DNA of 64,000 bases, taken from Candidatus Latescibacterota bacterium. Lineage in GTDB: Bacteria; Latescibacterota; UBA2968; GCA-2709665. Shown piece after piece: positions 1 to 9,583 of this stretch. Under the pieces are notes generated by a model, which was given only the letters and a program-made list of their open reading frames with translations, ran no database searches and was not told the origin of the DNA. The position numbers and the translations under genes are program-made. Where the stretch lies: contig OZ242180.1 in the NCBI GenBank assembly GCA_965205485.1, positions 5,024,001 to 5,088,000 on the forward strand. Reading direction: 5' to 3'. Numbering within the stretch: the stretch's first letter is position 1; every line of letters begins with the position of its first letter.

Positions 1-309
1 GTCCGAGACATAGATTCGCGGCGGGTCGAACGGCTCCCTGTCCGCGTCTTCGGGGGGCGTCGAGCCGCCGAACTGCCGCGCGAAGAGTAGGAAGTCCTGA
101 AAGTCGACCTCCCCGCTGCCGTTCAGATCCAGCCGGGCGTTGAAGTCCGCGTCCTGGGCCGTCCTGCCGAAACCACGGGCGAAGATGAGGAAATCCGAGA
201 AGCTGACCTCGCCGTCTTCGTCGAAGTCGGCACCCGAGGTCTCCTGTGCCGCGGCGCCGCCGTTCAACGCGAAACAGACCAGGAACAACGCGAGCGCGAA
301 CCTGACCAT
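1..309 (-). CDS. Secreted protein with duplicated dockerin/EF-hand-like motif (partial, runs off window start)
   Basis: Manual translation from ATG 309 (RBS GGAGG): MVRFALALFLVCFALNGGAAAQETSGADFDEDGEVSFSDFLIFARGFG...LDLNGSGEVDFQDFLLFARQFG. Signal peptide plus two DxDxDG-like loops. Confidence 0.85.
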   Translation of the reverse strand, partial: MVRFALALFLVCFALNGGAAAQETSGADFDEDGEVSFSDFLIFARGFGRTAQDADFNARLDLNGSGEVDFQDFLLFARQFGGSTPPEDADREPFDPPRIYVSD

Positions 310-329
310 TGCAATTCCTCCGGGATGGG

Positions 330-1127
330 TTAGGAAGGATAGAGTTCGGACCGGTACCGGCTGGTGTAGAACCGGGTGGCTTTCTCGATGTCCAGGTCCG
401 CAATAAGCAGGTCTTCCTTTCCACACGGGACGTGTTCGATGAGATCGCCCTGCGGGTCGATCAGGCTGGTGGCTGAATTCTGACCTTTCATGGCCTGGTT
501 GACGCTGGCGAAATAGATGTTGTTCTCCCCCGCGCGGCACTGCATGGCCTTTTCGTAGAAGGACTCGCCCCATTCCCTGGGCTCTTGTCCCGCATCGTCG
601 CTGCCCGTGACCTGGGGTTGGAAGACAACCTGCGCGCCCCGTACGGCTGGCCACCGCACGGTTTCCGGGTAACGCCAGCCTTCGTGGCAGATCGTGATAC
701 CGAACGTGACGCCCTTCACGGTGAACACCCTTCGACGGCCGTCCGGCACGTAATTCTCCGACTCCCCGCCCGGCGTGATCTGGTTCTTGGTCTGGTAACC
801 GAGCACCCCGCCCGCCGGGGAGATGACGAATGCCCTGTTTTCGAGGCCGAGTTCGGATTGCCACTCCATCCCCGCGATGATGGCAACGCCGGTTTCCCGG
901 CAAGCCGCACGAAGGTCTTTCAAGGCCCGTTCCATCGCTGGCTGGTCCGGATCAGGCAGATCGAAAGTCGCGCCTCTGAGCCCTGGAAGGTACGTCTCCG
1001 GCGTGCAGACGATATCCACCTTCCGCTCCCGGCACTCGCGGAGAACGGCAACCAGCTTTTCAACGCCTTCAGACACGGAGGGTCGCTGCTTCAGAGCGGC
1101 CAGGCACACGCGCAGGGTTTTCGCCAT
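330..1127 (-). CDS. Carbon-nitrogen hydrolase (nitrilase family)
   Basis: E-K-C triad motifs: CTPE, YQTK, ITICHEG. Confidence 0.9.
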   Translation of the reverse strand: MAKTLRVCLAALKQRPSVSEGVEKLVAVLRECRERKVDIVCTPETYLPGLRGATFDLPDPDQPAMERALKDLRAACRETGVAIIAGMEWQSELGLENRAFVISPAGGVLGYQTKNQITPGGESENYVPDGRRRVFTVKGVTFGITICHEGWRYPETVRWPAVRGAQVVFQPQVTGSDDAGQEPREWGESFYEKAMQCRAGENNIYFASVNQAMKGQNSATSLIDPQGDLIEHVPCGKEDLLIADLDIEKATRFYTSRYRSELYPS

Positions 1128-1430
1128 CGGGCGAGTCCTCGCTGTTTTTAACCTTGATTCCTCATATTTCGAGGACGTTAATTCGAATATGTGTCAGTTA
1201 AAAAGGCGATTAGACTGCTGATTACCAGGATGCACCAGGACACTGTACGTGAACTGAAAAAATGTCCTTCATGACGACCATTTCGACCTGTTTCGAAGGG
1301 TTTCGTCGCGTTGCCGCGTTGCGGCTTTTGCGGAATTGAGGTTAAGTCCAACCGGAAAAACGGGGATTCCGGCAAATCCGGAATGTACAGACCCGTTGCG
1401 CCAGAAAGATCCATAGAAAGAGGGAAATTG

Positions 1431-3479
1431 TCAACCCCGCGGAAGCGCGGATGTCAGAAGTACCGGCGGCGACAGACCGCTCGCATACCCAAGGATACGG
1501 TCAAAAGGACCCTTCTGAACGGAGCCCTCGGCGAGGCGGTAGAGACGGGACGGCGCCTCCGGTGAAATCCCGGGAAGCGTGAGCCCGCGGAGGTCCGGCA
1601 GCTCGGGTTCGCTTGAAGTGATCAGTGCATGAAACCCGGCCGGACCGTCGAGGGTACGGACCGCGGTCCCTTGCAGTTCGAGTTCCCCAGGAACCGCACG
1701 GGAATCCGGCTCGCGAAAGAGCACCGTATTGAGCGTCCGAAGCACGCGAAAGGCCGGTCGAGGATTGCAGGACGTGTCCAGGAGTCCGTGGGCGACGTCG
1801 AGCGTCCTGTCCAGGTCGATAAGGGGCTCGAAGTAGATTCCGGCGCCAGGTAAAACAACGGCGGAGAACAGGGCTTCGGCCGCGCGACTCGCATTCCGCG
1901 CGTCTTCGCGAGACGTGAAGGCCACGGCGAGATCCACGGCGCCGACGTGGCTGAGCGGGACCGCGTCCAGGAGTCGCTGAACCGCAAGCCACGGCTCGCC
2001 CTCATCAACGCAGCACAGCACCCGGTCAACGCTAACGTCCTGTTCCGCCAGGCAACGGTTCAGTTCGTGTAGCTCGCCTGGGACGTATCCGATTCGGGTG
2101 CGGGGGTGCTGCTTCCCGGGACGGCTTTCTCCAGGAAGGATGGGCGCGAGTGCGAAACGCGCGGCGGTCGTCCTCCCCGCTCTGGCGAGCTCACGTCCGA
2201 GGTCCAGGGATGGCAGCAGAGATCCCGGCAACTGGATTTCCCATGTATCCACAAATTCCGAGTACCGGCGGACGTACTCCGAAATGTCCGCCATGATTGA
2301 CGCGGGCGCCATTGCCGTGAGCCGCAGACCTTCCTCGCGAAGGCTCCGGAGACGCTCCAACTGAAAGGCATCGTCAAGATCGGCCACAGGGAGTCGAACC
2401 GCGGTTGCGCCCAGTTCCAGGCAGGCAAGCAGCGGATAGTCGTTTCGGACGCGCTGCCGGACGACACTCGGGAAGGCGATCGGAATCTCGGTGCGGGTCG
2501 CAAGAGGATGCAGCAGGGTCAGCCCCAACGCAGAGGAGGGCAAACCCGCGGAGATCCGGGTGAGCAGGCGTTTCGGTCCGCCGTGAGCCCTTTCCTTCAG
2601 AGTAACCGCGCCCCCGGTCCGGATGAAGTGTACGTCGGTCCGGTCCGGAAAGACGCGGAACAGATAGAAGCCGAGTTTGGGCGCGTCGTCCCTGCCCTGC
2701 TCAGGCGGGGAGGGACCCGTAAACAGGTGGCTGAAGCCGGGGCGCGCGAAGGAGGTCGACGGAATGTTGTATATTCGAGTCGACCCGACCCGGTTCAGGA
2801 ACGCGAAATGCACGTGCGCGGCGCAGACGGCTTCGACTCCGTGCCTGCGGACCAGGTCGAGTATCCAGCAGCGGTCGGGCTGGCCGATATTGTCGTAGTT
2901 GCCGGCGTGGGGTTCGTCAGGGTGCTCCAGGAACGGCGGAAGATGGAGAAACAAGAAGACGCGTTTCCGCCCATGGAGTTCCAGGTCCCGCTCGAGCCAG
3001 TCCCGCTGAGATCCGGATTCCGGCAGGTCGGTGTTGAGAATCTGGGAGTTGATCACGATGAAGTGGCAATTTCCGTGGTCGAAACTGAACCAGGAGGGTC
3101 CGAAATCGGACTGATACCGCTCAAGGGACTCCAACGTGACCGGCAGGGTGGGCATGGTGGGATCGGGTTTGTCACCCACGTCGTGGTTGCCGGCAACGTG
3201 AAAGACTTTCACGCCCAGTCCCGCCAGCTGCGCCCGGGCCTTTTCCAGTGCCTCCGCATGGCGTCTGGTTTCAGGGTATTCCTGGACCAGGTCGCCCATA
3301 TGTACAATGAAGTCCGGGCGCAGAGAAGCCGCAAGCTCCAGGGCCGTATCCGCCCTGGCCGTCTGCTTTCGGCGAGACTCGAATTCCAGCGTCCGGTCGC
3401 CGGGATCAAGCATGGTGTGGGTATCGCCCACAACTACGAATTCGAATTCCGCGGGCGCCATCAGGGATCGATCGATCAC
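1431..3479 (-). CDS. Calcineurin-like metallophosphoesterase with long uncharacterised C-terminal region
   Basis: GDTH, GDLV, GNHD, AHVH motifs. GTG start at 3479 overlaps the ABC-F stop (GTGA). Confidence 0.8.
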   Translation of the reverse strand: MIDRSLMAPAEFEFVVVGDTHTMLDPGDRTLEFESRRKQTARADTALELAASLRPDFIVHMGDLVQEYPETRRHAEALEKARAQLAGLGVKVFHVAGNHDVGDKPDPTMPTLPVTLESLERYQSDFGPSWFSFDHGNCHFIVINSQILNTDLPESGSQRDWLERDLELHGRKRVFLFLHLPPFLEHPDEPHAGNYDNIGQPDRCWILDLVRRHGVEAVCAAHVHFAFLNRVGSTRIYNIPSTSFARPGFSHLFTGPSPPEQGRDDAPKLGFYLFRVFPDRTDVHFIRTGGAVTLKERAHGGPKRLLTRISAGLPSSALGLTLLHPLATRTEIPIAFPSVVRQRVRNDYPLLACLELGATAVRLPVADLDDAFQLERLRSLREEGLRLTAMAPASIMADISEYVRRYSEFVDTWEIQLPGSLLPSLDLGRELARAGRTTAARFALAPILPGESRPGKQHPRTRIGYVPGELHELNRCLAEQDVSVDRVLCCVDEGEPWLAVQRLLDAVPLSHVGAVDLAVAFTSREDARNASRAAEALFSAVVLPGAGIYFEPLIDLDRTLDVAHGLLDTSCNPRPAFRVLRTLNTVLFREPDSRAVPGELELQGTAVRTLDGPAGFHALITSSEPELPDLRGLTLPGISPEAPSRLYRLAEGSVQKGPFDRILGYASGLSPPVLLTSALPRG

Positions 3480-5383
3480 TGCACCTCTTCCTCGTCCTCC
3501 GTTTCCGCCGTCTCGAGCACTTCCCACGCCGCCAGGCGTTCCTCGATCCGGGCCTGAATCCGCCTGCGTTCTGCGGAAACGGACTCAAGGTGTTCCCAGT
3601 CGGACGCACGGTCATCCTGCGCAAGTTGCCCGTCGGCGCGTTCGAGTTCCGCCTCGAGGTCCCGGATCTCTTCTTCAATGGCCTCCAGACGACGCCGGCG
3701 CCTGTCCTGTGCCCTGCGATCGGCGCGGGTGCGTTCGTACGCGGCTTTCCGGGAGGCATTCTTCCGTAACCGCGCCCCGGACGGCTCCTCGCGAGACGCC
3801 CGCCGGCGCTGCCAGATTTCGTAATTACCCTCTACAAGTTCCCACTCGCCATACCCGAGTACGAGCAGCCGGTCCACCAGCAGGTTCAGAAAATAGCGAT
3901 CGTGGGAGACGGCGATGAGCGTGCCCTCGTACGCTTTCAGGGCATCCTCCAAAACGTCCCGGGAAGGAATGTCCAGATGATTGGTGGGTTCGTCCAGGAC
4001 CAGGAGATTGGTTTCAGACCGCATGAGCCTGGCCAGGGCCACCCTGCTCTTCTCGCCTCCGCTGAGGCTGCCGATTCTGCGCTCGACGTCGTCGCCCGAA
4101 AAGAGAAAGGCGCCCAGAACGTCGCGGATCTCCCCCGCCGGCGCGTCCGGGGTGACCGACCAGATTTCCTCCTGCAACGTATGACCGGGATCAAGTTCGT
4201 CCCGATGCTGGTCGTAATACCCCACCTGGATGTGCGAACCGGTCCTGATGGTCCCGCTATCGGGCGCGACGCGGCCGGCGAGCAGCTTCAACAGCGTGGA
4301 TTTGCCGGAACCGTTGGGTCCGATAATGCCCAGACGATCGCCCCGCCGGACCAGCAGGTCCAGATTCCGAAAGAGAACCGTCTGTCCAAAGGCTTTCGAC
4401 GTCCGCTCGAGTTCCGCGACCCTGTTGCCGCCCCGCGCACCGGCTGTGAATTCCAACCGGAACTCCCTGTCCCGCGTTGGACGATCGAGTCTTTCGAGTT
4501 TCTCGAGCGCCTTTCTCCGGCTCTGGGCCTGTTTGGTCTTCTGGCCCGCGATATTGCGCCTGATAAAGTCTTCGGTCCTGCGGATGTGTTCCTGCTGGCG
4601 CTCATAGGCCTTGATGCGCCTTGCCATGCGCTCCTGCCGTTCGGCGGCATAGAAGCTGTAATTGCCCGCGTACCCGGCAAGGTCTCCGTTCTCGAGTTCG
4701 ACGATGCGGTCGATGGTGCGGTCAAGAAAATACCGGTCGTGGGAGACGACCACGCAGGCGCCGTCAAATGCGGGCAGGAACCCTTCCAGCCATTCGATGG
4801 CTTCGAGGTCAAGGTGATTGGTGGGTTCGTCCAGCAGGAGCAGGTCCGGTTCCCGTACCAGCAGCCGCGCGAGGGCAAGACGGTTCTTCTGTCCGCCGCT
4901 GAGCTGTGAAACCGGGGTCTCGAATTCCGTCCGGGCGAAACCCAGCCCGTGAAGGATGGCCTTCGCGCGGGCCTCGACCTCGTAGCCGCGCCGGGCTTCG
5001 TAGCTATGCTGAAGGCGTCCGTATTCTTCCAGAAGGCCGGGTTGTTCCCGGCTTTCGGCCAGGCGGATTTCCAGGACGCCCATCCGGCGTTGCAGGTCCA
5101 GCAGGTCGGAAAACGCGTCGAGTACGGTGTCCAGAACAACGGACCCTTCCTCCAGTTCGGGGTCCTGCGCGAGGTACCCCACGTTCAGATTCCGTCGCAG
5201 GTGAACCCGTCCGCGGTCCGGGTGCAGGCGGCCCGTCATGAGGTGGAAGAGCGTCGTCTTGCCGCATCCATTTCGCCCGACCAGACCGACGCGGGCGCCC
5301 GCTTCGATCTTCCAGGTCAGACCGCTCAGCACGATGTTGGCGCCGTAGGCCTTGTGGACGCTCTCGAGTTGAATCAGCGGCAT
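3476..5383 (-). CDS. ABC-F family ATP-binding protein (ribosome-associated)
   Basis: Two ABC domains (GRNGCGKT/LSGGQ/LLLDEPTNHLD and GPNGSGKS/LSGGE), helical linker, no TM segment, C-terminal coiled coil. Confidence 0.93.
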   Translation of the reverse strand: MPLIQLESVHKAYGANIVLSGLTWKIEAGARVGLVGRNGCGKTTLFHLMTGRLHPDRGRVHLRRNLNVGYLAQDPELEEGSVVLDTVLDAFSDLLDLQRRMGVLEIRLAESREQPGLLEEYGRLQHSYEARRGYEVEARAKAILHGLGFARTEFETPVSQLSGGQKNRLALARLLVREPDLLLLDEPTNHLDLEAIEWLEGFLPAFDGACVVVSHDRYFLDRTIDRIVELENGDLAGYAGNYSFYAAERQERMARRIKAYERQQEHIRRTEDFIRRNIAGQKTKQAQSRRKALEKLERLDRPTRDREFRLEFTAGARGGNRVAELERTSKAFGQTVLFRNLDLLVRRGDRLGIIGPNGSGKSTLLKLLAGRVAPDSGTIRTGSHIQVGYYDQHRDELDPGHTLQEEIWSVTPDAPAGEIRDVLGAFLFSGDDVERRIGSLSGGEKSRVALARLMRSETNLLVLDEPTNHLDIPSRDVLEDALKAYEGTLIAVSHDRYFLNLLVDRLLVLGYGEWELVEGNYEIWQRRRASREEPSGARLRKNASRKAAYERTRADRRAQDRRRRRLEAIEEEIRDLEAELERADGQLAQDDRASDWEHLESVSAERRRIQARIEERLAAWEVLETAETEDEEEVQ

Positions 5384-5576
5384 CTCTGTTCATCCCCCGC
5401 GGGCTGGCGGTTCGGGTTGGTATGAAGAAACTGCCTCGCATGGCCGGGGGCGCCGAAATCCCGCCGCGATACGTACGGATACGGGCGCTGCTGAAGACAG
5501 GCTCTGTAGTGGAGACGAAGGAACGAGGCGGGCGGGAGACGGCGCGGATACGGAACGCGCTGGCGAGGAATGACGT

Positions 5577-6392
5577 TCAGGCGACTTCAGACCTCTGTTC
5601 GATGATCTCAACCTGGTCTTCCGGACTGTAGAAATACGCACCCGGGCGCCAGTCTTTGCCCAGGTCTCCCAGCAGACGGCGTTGTCTGGGGGTACATTTC
5701 GCCAGAACTTCCGGGGAATGGCCGTTAAAGTCGAAGGTCCGGAAACATTGCTGGCTGTAACAGTAGATGAGGGTCTTCCGGGACCTTTTCGAGAGGTTGG
5801 GGGACACGCCGTGCCAGAGTGCATGGGAGAAGATTGCTGCGTCTCCGGCTTGCGCGCAAAGCTGCACCGCACCCGGCGTTTGCGCCGTTATGGACGTGTC
5901 GCCTTCCGGATAGGGCCTCAGGTGGCTGCCCGGAAAGATCGTGAAATTGCCGCGGTCGGGTTTCCTGACGTCAGTGAGAAAGTACTGTATTTTGATCTGA
6001 AGCGGCCAACTCGTTTCGGTCACGCGGATGTGCCGCAGGGCCTGGCCTCCGTCCGTGTGGATGAAACCCTTGTAGCCGGGATTGGGTGGTCTCACAACGG
6101 CTTCTGCCATGCTCAGTTGTATATACGGTCCCATCAGTTCCAGAATGACGTCAAATACGGCGGGATGGTCCATCAGATGGATAAAGGCGTCGCTGTCCGG
6201 CAATATGTTTCTCCGGTCGAGGCCTGACTTCGGGTCCGCGCCAGCCTTGTTGAGTACGAATCTCCTGTGCAGCCGGTCCACCTCACGCCTCAGTATTCCC
6301 GACTCCTCGGCGGAGAGGACCCCCTTGAGCAGGATATATCCGTCAATCGCCCACTGCTGTTTCTGCTCCTCCGTCAATTTCGAGGATTCCAT
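5577..6392 (-). CDS. Phytanoyl-CoA dioxygenase (PhyH) family Fe(II)/2OG oxygenase
   Basis: DGYILL N-terminus, HTD, PGSH, WHG. Confidence 0.88.
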   Translation of the reverse strand: MESSKLTEEQKQQWAIDGYILLKGVLSAEESGILRREVDRLHRRFVLNKAGADPKSGLDRRNILPDSDAFIHLMDHPAVFDVILELMGPYIQLSMAEAVVRPPNPGYKGFIHTDGGQALRHIRVTETSWPLQIKIQYFLTDVRKPDRGNFTIFPGSHLRPYPEGDTSITAQTPGAVQLCAQAGDAAIFSHALWHGVSPNLSKRSRKTLIYCYSQQCFRTFDFNGHSPEVLAKCTPRQRRLLGDLGKDWRPGAYFYSPEDQVEIIEQRSEVA

Positions 6393-6426
6393 GACGAAGT
6401 CTCCTGAGTTCGACGAGGTTTTCGAA

Positions 6427-7251
6427 CTATATACTCAACGACGCGGCCCGCTCCCGTTCCAGTTCGGCGCGAAGCGATTCGGCGGCGCGCCGGGCGGCGT
6501 TGGCGAAGTCCCGGCCGGGGGAGGCGTAGAGTACGCTCCTGGACGTATTGACAAGCAGTCCCCCGCCGTTCCTGTCCGAGCCGTACCGGATCACGTCGCC
6601 GGGGTCGCCCATCTGGGCGCCGACGCCGGGGACCAGGAAAGGCAGTCCCGGCGCGATTCTCCTTACGTTGGCGAGTTCCCGAGCGTGAGTTGCGCCGACC
6701 ACGAGGCCGCATGGACCTGAATCGGACCACTCGACCGCTTTTCTGGCGACCTGCTGATAGAATGGACCGTCCTGGGTGGTCAGCCTCTGGAAGTCCGCCG
6801 AACCGGGGTTGGACGTTAGACAGAGAAGGAATGCGCAGCCGTCCGGGTATTCCAGAAAAGGGGCCACCGCGTCCCTGCCCATGAGGGGATTCACGGTGAC
6901 CGCGTCCGCGCCCAGCGCATCGTACGCCATCTGTGCGTAACGGCGGGCGCTGTTGCCGATATCGTTGGCTTTGAAGTCGAGCACAACGGGCGTGGCGTCG
7001 GGAATGGCGCTGAGTACGTCCTCGAGGCTACGCCACCCGGCCGCGCCCAGGGCGCCGAAAAATCCGAAGTTGGGTTTGTAGGCGCAGACAAGGTCGCACG
7101 TGGCGGAAACGACCTCCTTGAGAAAGGCTGAAACCGGGTCCCCGGTAGCGTTCAGGTGGGTAGGCAGCCGCTCCGGATCGGGATCCAGGCCCACGCAAAC
7201 CAGGCTGTTCCGCGCGTTGGCGGCTCGGCGATATTTCTCGATAAAACTCAA
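6427..7251 (-). CDS. pyrF: Orotidine-5'-phosphate decarboxylase (subfamily 2)
   Basis: VCVGLDPD, YKPN, LDFKANDIGNS, TSNPGS, VPGVGAQ, NTSRS. TTG start at 7251 after GGAG. Confidence 0.93.
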   Translation of the reverse strand: MSFIEKYRRAANARNSLVCVGLDPDPERLPTHLNATGDPVSAFLKEVVSATCDLVCAYKPNFGFFGALGAAGWRSLEDVLSAIPDATPVVLDFKANDIGNSARRYAQMAYDALGADAVTVNPLMGRDAVAPFLEYPDGCAFLLCLTSNPGSADFQRLTTQDGPFYQQVARKAVEWSDSGPCGLVVGATHARELANVRRIAPGLPFLVPGVGAQMGDPGDVIRYGSDRNGGGLLVNTSRSVLYASPGRDFANAARRAAESLRAELERERAASLSI

Positions 7252-7274
7252 CCGTCGCTCCTGCACGGGAAACC

Positions 7275-7667
7275 GGCAAGCGGGCCTGTAAGCCGAGTTC
7301 TGTCGCCCGGCGCTGCGCGCGCCGAACGGATGGCCATTTATCTGGGACGCCGGTTGCCCGGCGCCTCTACGCAGCCTACCCGAGCGTCTTGACGAGACGG
7401 GCCGCCTCTCCGCTCCTATTTGGCCTTGCTCCGGATGGGGTTTACCGTGCCGCTCCCGTCTCCGGGAACGCGGTGGGCTCTTACCCCGCCGTTTCACCCT
7501 TGCCCGCAACGAAACCGTGGTTTCGCCCGCTGGCGGTCTGTTCTCTGTGGCACTTTCCTTCGGGTTGCCCCGACTGGGAGTTACCCAGCATCCTGCCCTG
7601 TGGAGCTCGGACTTTCCTCACCCATACCAGCGGACTGACATGGGCGCGGCCATCCGGCCCGCTTGCC
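7275..7667 (-). ncRNA. rnpB: RNase P RNA (bacterial class A)
   Basis: Minus strand has GAGGAAAGTCCGAGCTCC, GAAAGTGCCACAGA and GACAGAACTCGGCTTACAG. P1 helix GGCAAGCGGGCC/GGCCCGCTTGCC closes the ends. Confidence 0.97.
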
Positions 7668-7696
7668 TGGCGTGTGGCTCGTGAACCGCAGGCGAC

Positions 7697-8119
7697 TCAC
7701 GATTTGCGTTTCATACCGATCTTTATTCCCTGATTCGCGAGACGGTCCGCGTGCTTGTTTTCCTCCCGCGAGACGTGGCGAATCCGAAATTCCTCAAAGT
7801 TGCCGGCGAGATCACGGGCGCTGCGATACAGCGGCAACAGCTTCTCGTTCTTGACCTTGTATTCGCCGTTCAACTGCCGGACCATCAATTCGCTGTCAGA
7901 AAGGGCGATGACACGCGTTATTCGATACCTCCGTGCGATTTCCAGTGCGTAGATGAGCGCCTTGTATTCCGCGACGTTGTTGGTGGCGTTGCCGATGTAT
8001 TCGGATTGTTCACACAGAACCACGCCTTCGAGCTCCAGTCGCACGCCAATGCCCGCCGGACCGGGATTGCCCTTTGCGGCGCCGTCGACGTAGACCGTTA
8101 TCGCATCGTTGCCGGCCAC
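7697..8119 (-). CDS. rnhA: Ribonuclease HI family protein
   Basis: YVDGAAKGNPGPAG, TNNVAEY, SDSELMV, NKHADRLAN. Confidence 0.9.
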   Translation of the reverse strand: MAGNDAITVYVDGAAKGNPGPAGIGVRLELEGVVLCEQSEYIGNATNNVAEYKALIYALEIARRYRITRVIALSDSELMVRQLNGEYKVKNEKLLPLYRSARDLAGNFEEFRIRHVSREENKHADRLANQGIKIGMKRKS

Positions 8120-8120
8120 G

Positions 8121-8834
8121 TCAGGCTTCTTCCCGCCACACCAGGATCCGTCCGCAGTTCTCGCAGCGAATGATCCTGTCCTGGCGTCTGACTTCCACGC
8201 GGAGTTGGGGAGGCAATTGCCTGAAACATCCGCCGCAGGACCCCTTTCCGATTGGCACGACAGCGACGCCGTCCCTTACGACCCCCCGAATCCGGTCGTA
8301 ATTGGACAGAACGGGTCTGTCAACCTCTTCTTCGGCAGCCATCCGTTTCTCCCGCCAGCCGCTGGCCTCGCCGTCGACAAGGTCCAGGCGATTCTGAAGG
8401 TCCCTGATCTGACCCAGAAAATCGGCTTCCAGGGCCTTGTACGCGGTTTCTTCCTCCTCCAGCATCGAATTCAGTTCGTCGTATCGCTCAATGCCCTCGA
8501 GGATGATGGTCTCGTTCTCGTCTGCCCGGTTCCTCAGGACTTCGATCTCGATCTGAAGCGCATCGTACTCGCGGTTTGTTTTGACCTCATAGAGACGGTC
8601 CTGGTGTTTCTTCAGATCCGCCTGTATGGTCTCGAGTTCTCCCTCCAACTGGCGGCGAGTCTTCTCCAGGTCAGCCGCCTGCTGTTTCTTGTCGTCAACG
8701 GCCTGCTTCGCGGTTTCCAGCTTTCCGCGCAGGTCGGAAATGGCTTCCGGGTAATCCGACTGTACCTTCTTCAGCTTGTCCAGTTCAGTATCGATGCGCT
8801 GCAGGTTTAGAAGTCTTAGCAGGCTTTCTTGCAT
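8121..8834 (-). CDS. Coiled-coil protein with C-terminal C4 zinc ribbon (COG1579/CT398-like)
   Basis: LQRID start, long coiled coil, CGGC...CENCGRIL. ATG 8834 with RBS GGAGAAGG. Confidence 0.9.
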   Translation of the reverse strand: MQESLLRLLNLQRIDTELDKLKKVQSDYPEAISDLRGKLETAKQAVDDKKQQAADLEKTRRQLEGELETIQADLKKHQDRLYEVKTNREYDALQIEIEVLRNRADENETIILEGIERYDELNSMLEEEETAYKALEADFLGQIRDLQNRLDLVDGEASGWREKRMAAEEEVDRPVLSNYDRIRGVVRDGVAVVPIGKGSCGGCFRQLPPQLRVEVRRQDRIIRCENCGRILVWREEA

Positions 8835-8845
8835 ACACCTTCTCC

Positions 8846-8881
8846 AAAAAAGAAAGGCGCATCCGATTAACGGATGCACCC
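8846..8881 (-). terminator. Intrinsic terminator between tRNA-Val and zinc-ribbon gene
   Basis: Minus: GGTGCATCCG-TTAAT-CGGATGCGCC then TTTCTTTTTT. Confidence 0.7.
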
Positions 8882-8945
8882 TGACGTTTGCCAGCCGTAC
8901 CGGTCCACCTGCGGACAGGCCCAGGCCACCTCGCATTTCGGTACA

Positions 8946-9022
8946 TGGTGGGCGATACTGGACTCGAACCAGTGACCTCTGGTATGTGAAACCAGCGCTC
9001 TAACCATCTGAGCTAATCGCCC
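8946..9022 (-). tRNA. tRNA-Val (CAC)
   Basis: GGGCGATTAGCTCAG...CTGGT-TTCACAT-ACCAG...GGTTCGAGTCC...ATCGCCCACCA, 77 nt, encoded CCA. Confidence 0.97.
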
Positions 9023-9210
9023 ACCTGAAGGTATCAGACGGTTCACTTGACGCGTATTCCCTATTCTCGAATCTGGCGAATTCGTCGATTCAAAATACGG
9101 AATTCAGATGAATTTCAAGGTGATTGAATTAACAATAATCACCTGGAAATGTCAAGCTTATTCCCATATGGAACGCCGCGTCCCTATCGGCGGCTTTCGA
9201 GATGATTAAC

Positions 9211-9239
9211 TTGACAGCGAACAGCGATTTCTATAAATT
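9211..9239 (+). promoter_or_regulatory. Sigma70 promoter for tRNA-Glu
   Basis: TTGACA-17 nt-TAAATT. A divergent TTGACA on the minus strand lies at 9150-9155. Confidence 0.7.
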
Positions 9240-9257
9240 CCGTGCTTCGAATCAGGT

Positions 9258-9332
9258 GACCCCGTCGTTCAGTGGTTAGGACACCGGGTTTTCAACCCGG
9301 CAACGGGGGTTCGACTCCCCTCGGGGTCACCA
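9258..9332 (+). tRNA. tRNA-Glu (TTC)
   Basis: GACCCCG...CCGGG-TTTTCAA-CCCGG...GGTTCGACTCC...CGGGGTCACCA, 75 nt. Confidence 0.97.
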
Positions 9333-9583
9333 GTTTTTTCGCATATTCCGTTTACAAATAACATCTTGTGTGTCTTGTTACCCGCCCATCCTTTTCGTTG
9401 TTCCGCCCCTATCCTCCCGAAACAAACGATTCGAAGTATTGGAGCCCGCCCGCCGCAGCCCGACCAGGGGCAGCGACCTCCTCTGCCTCTGTCTGATCAG
9501 GACGTTTCGGGAAACGCCGGAATCTGCCGACGGCTGCAGCTGCGTACACGGTTACACTCGACGGCTCAGAAAGGAGTGACCCA

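Noticed and set aside
5384..5576. Attenuator leader upstream of the ABC-F gene
   Set aside because: No short uORF with RBS and no terminator with U-tract found
7252..7509. N-terminal extension of the pyrF ORF in the track
   Set aside because: It overlaps the RNase P RNA gene. The real start is TTG 7251.
8881..8945. Known riboswitch (c-di-GMP, ZTP) or SRP RNA
   Set aside because: Consensus motifs could not be matched by eye. Kept only as an unnamed structure.
9348..9376. TTTACAAATAA as a possible dif/Xer or att arm site after tRNA-Glu
   Set aside because: Weak match, no second arm, no integrase and no duplicated tRNA 3' end
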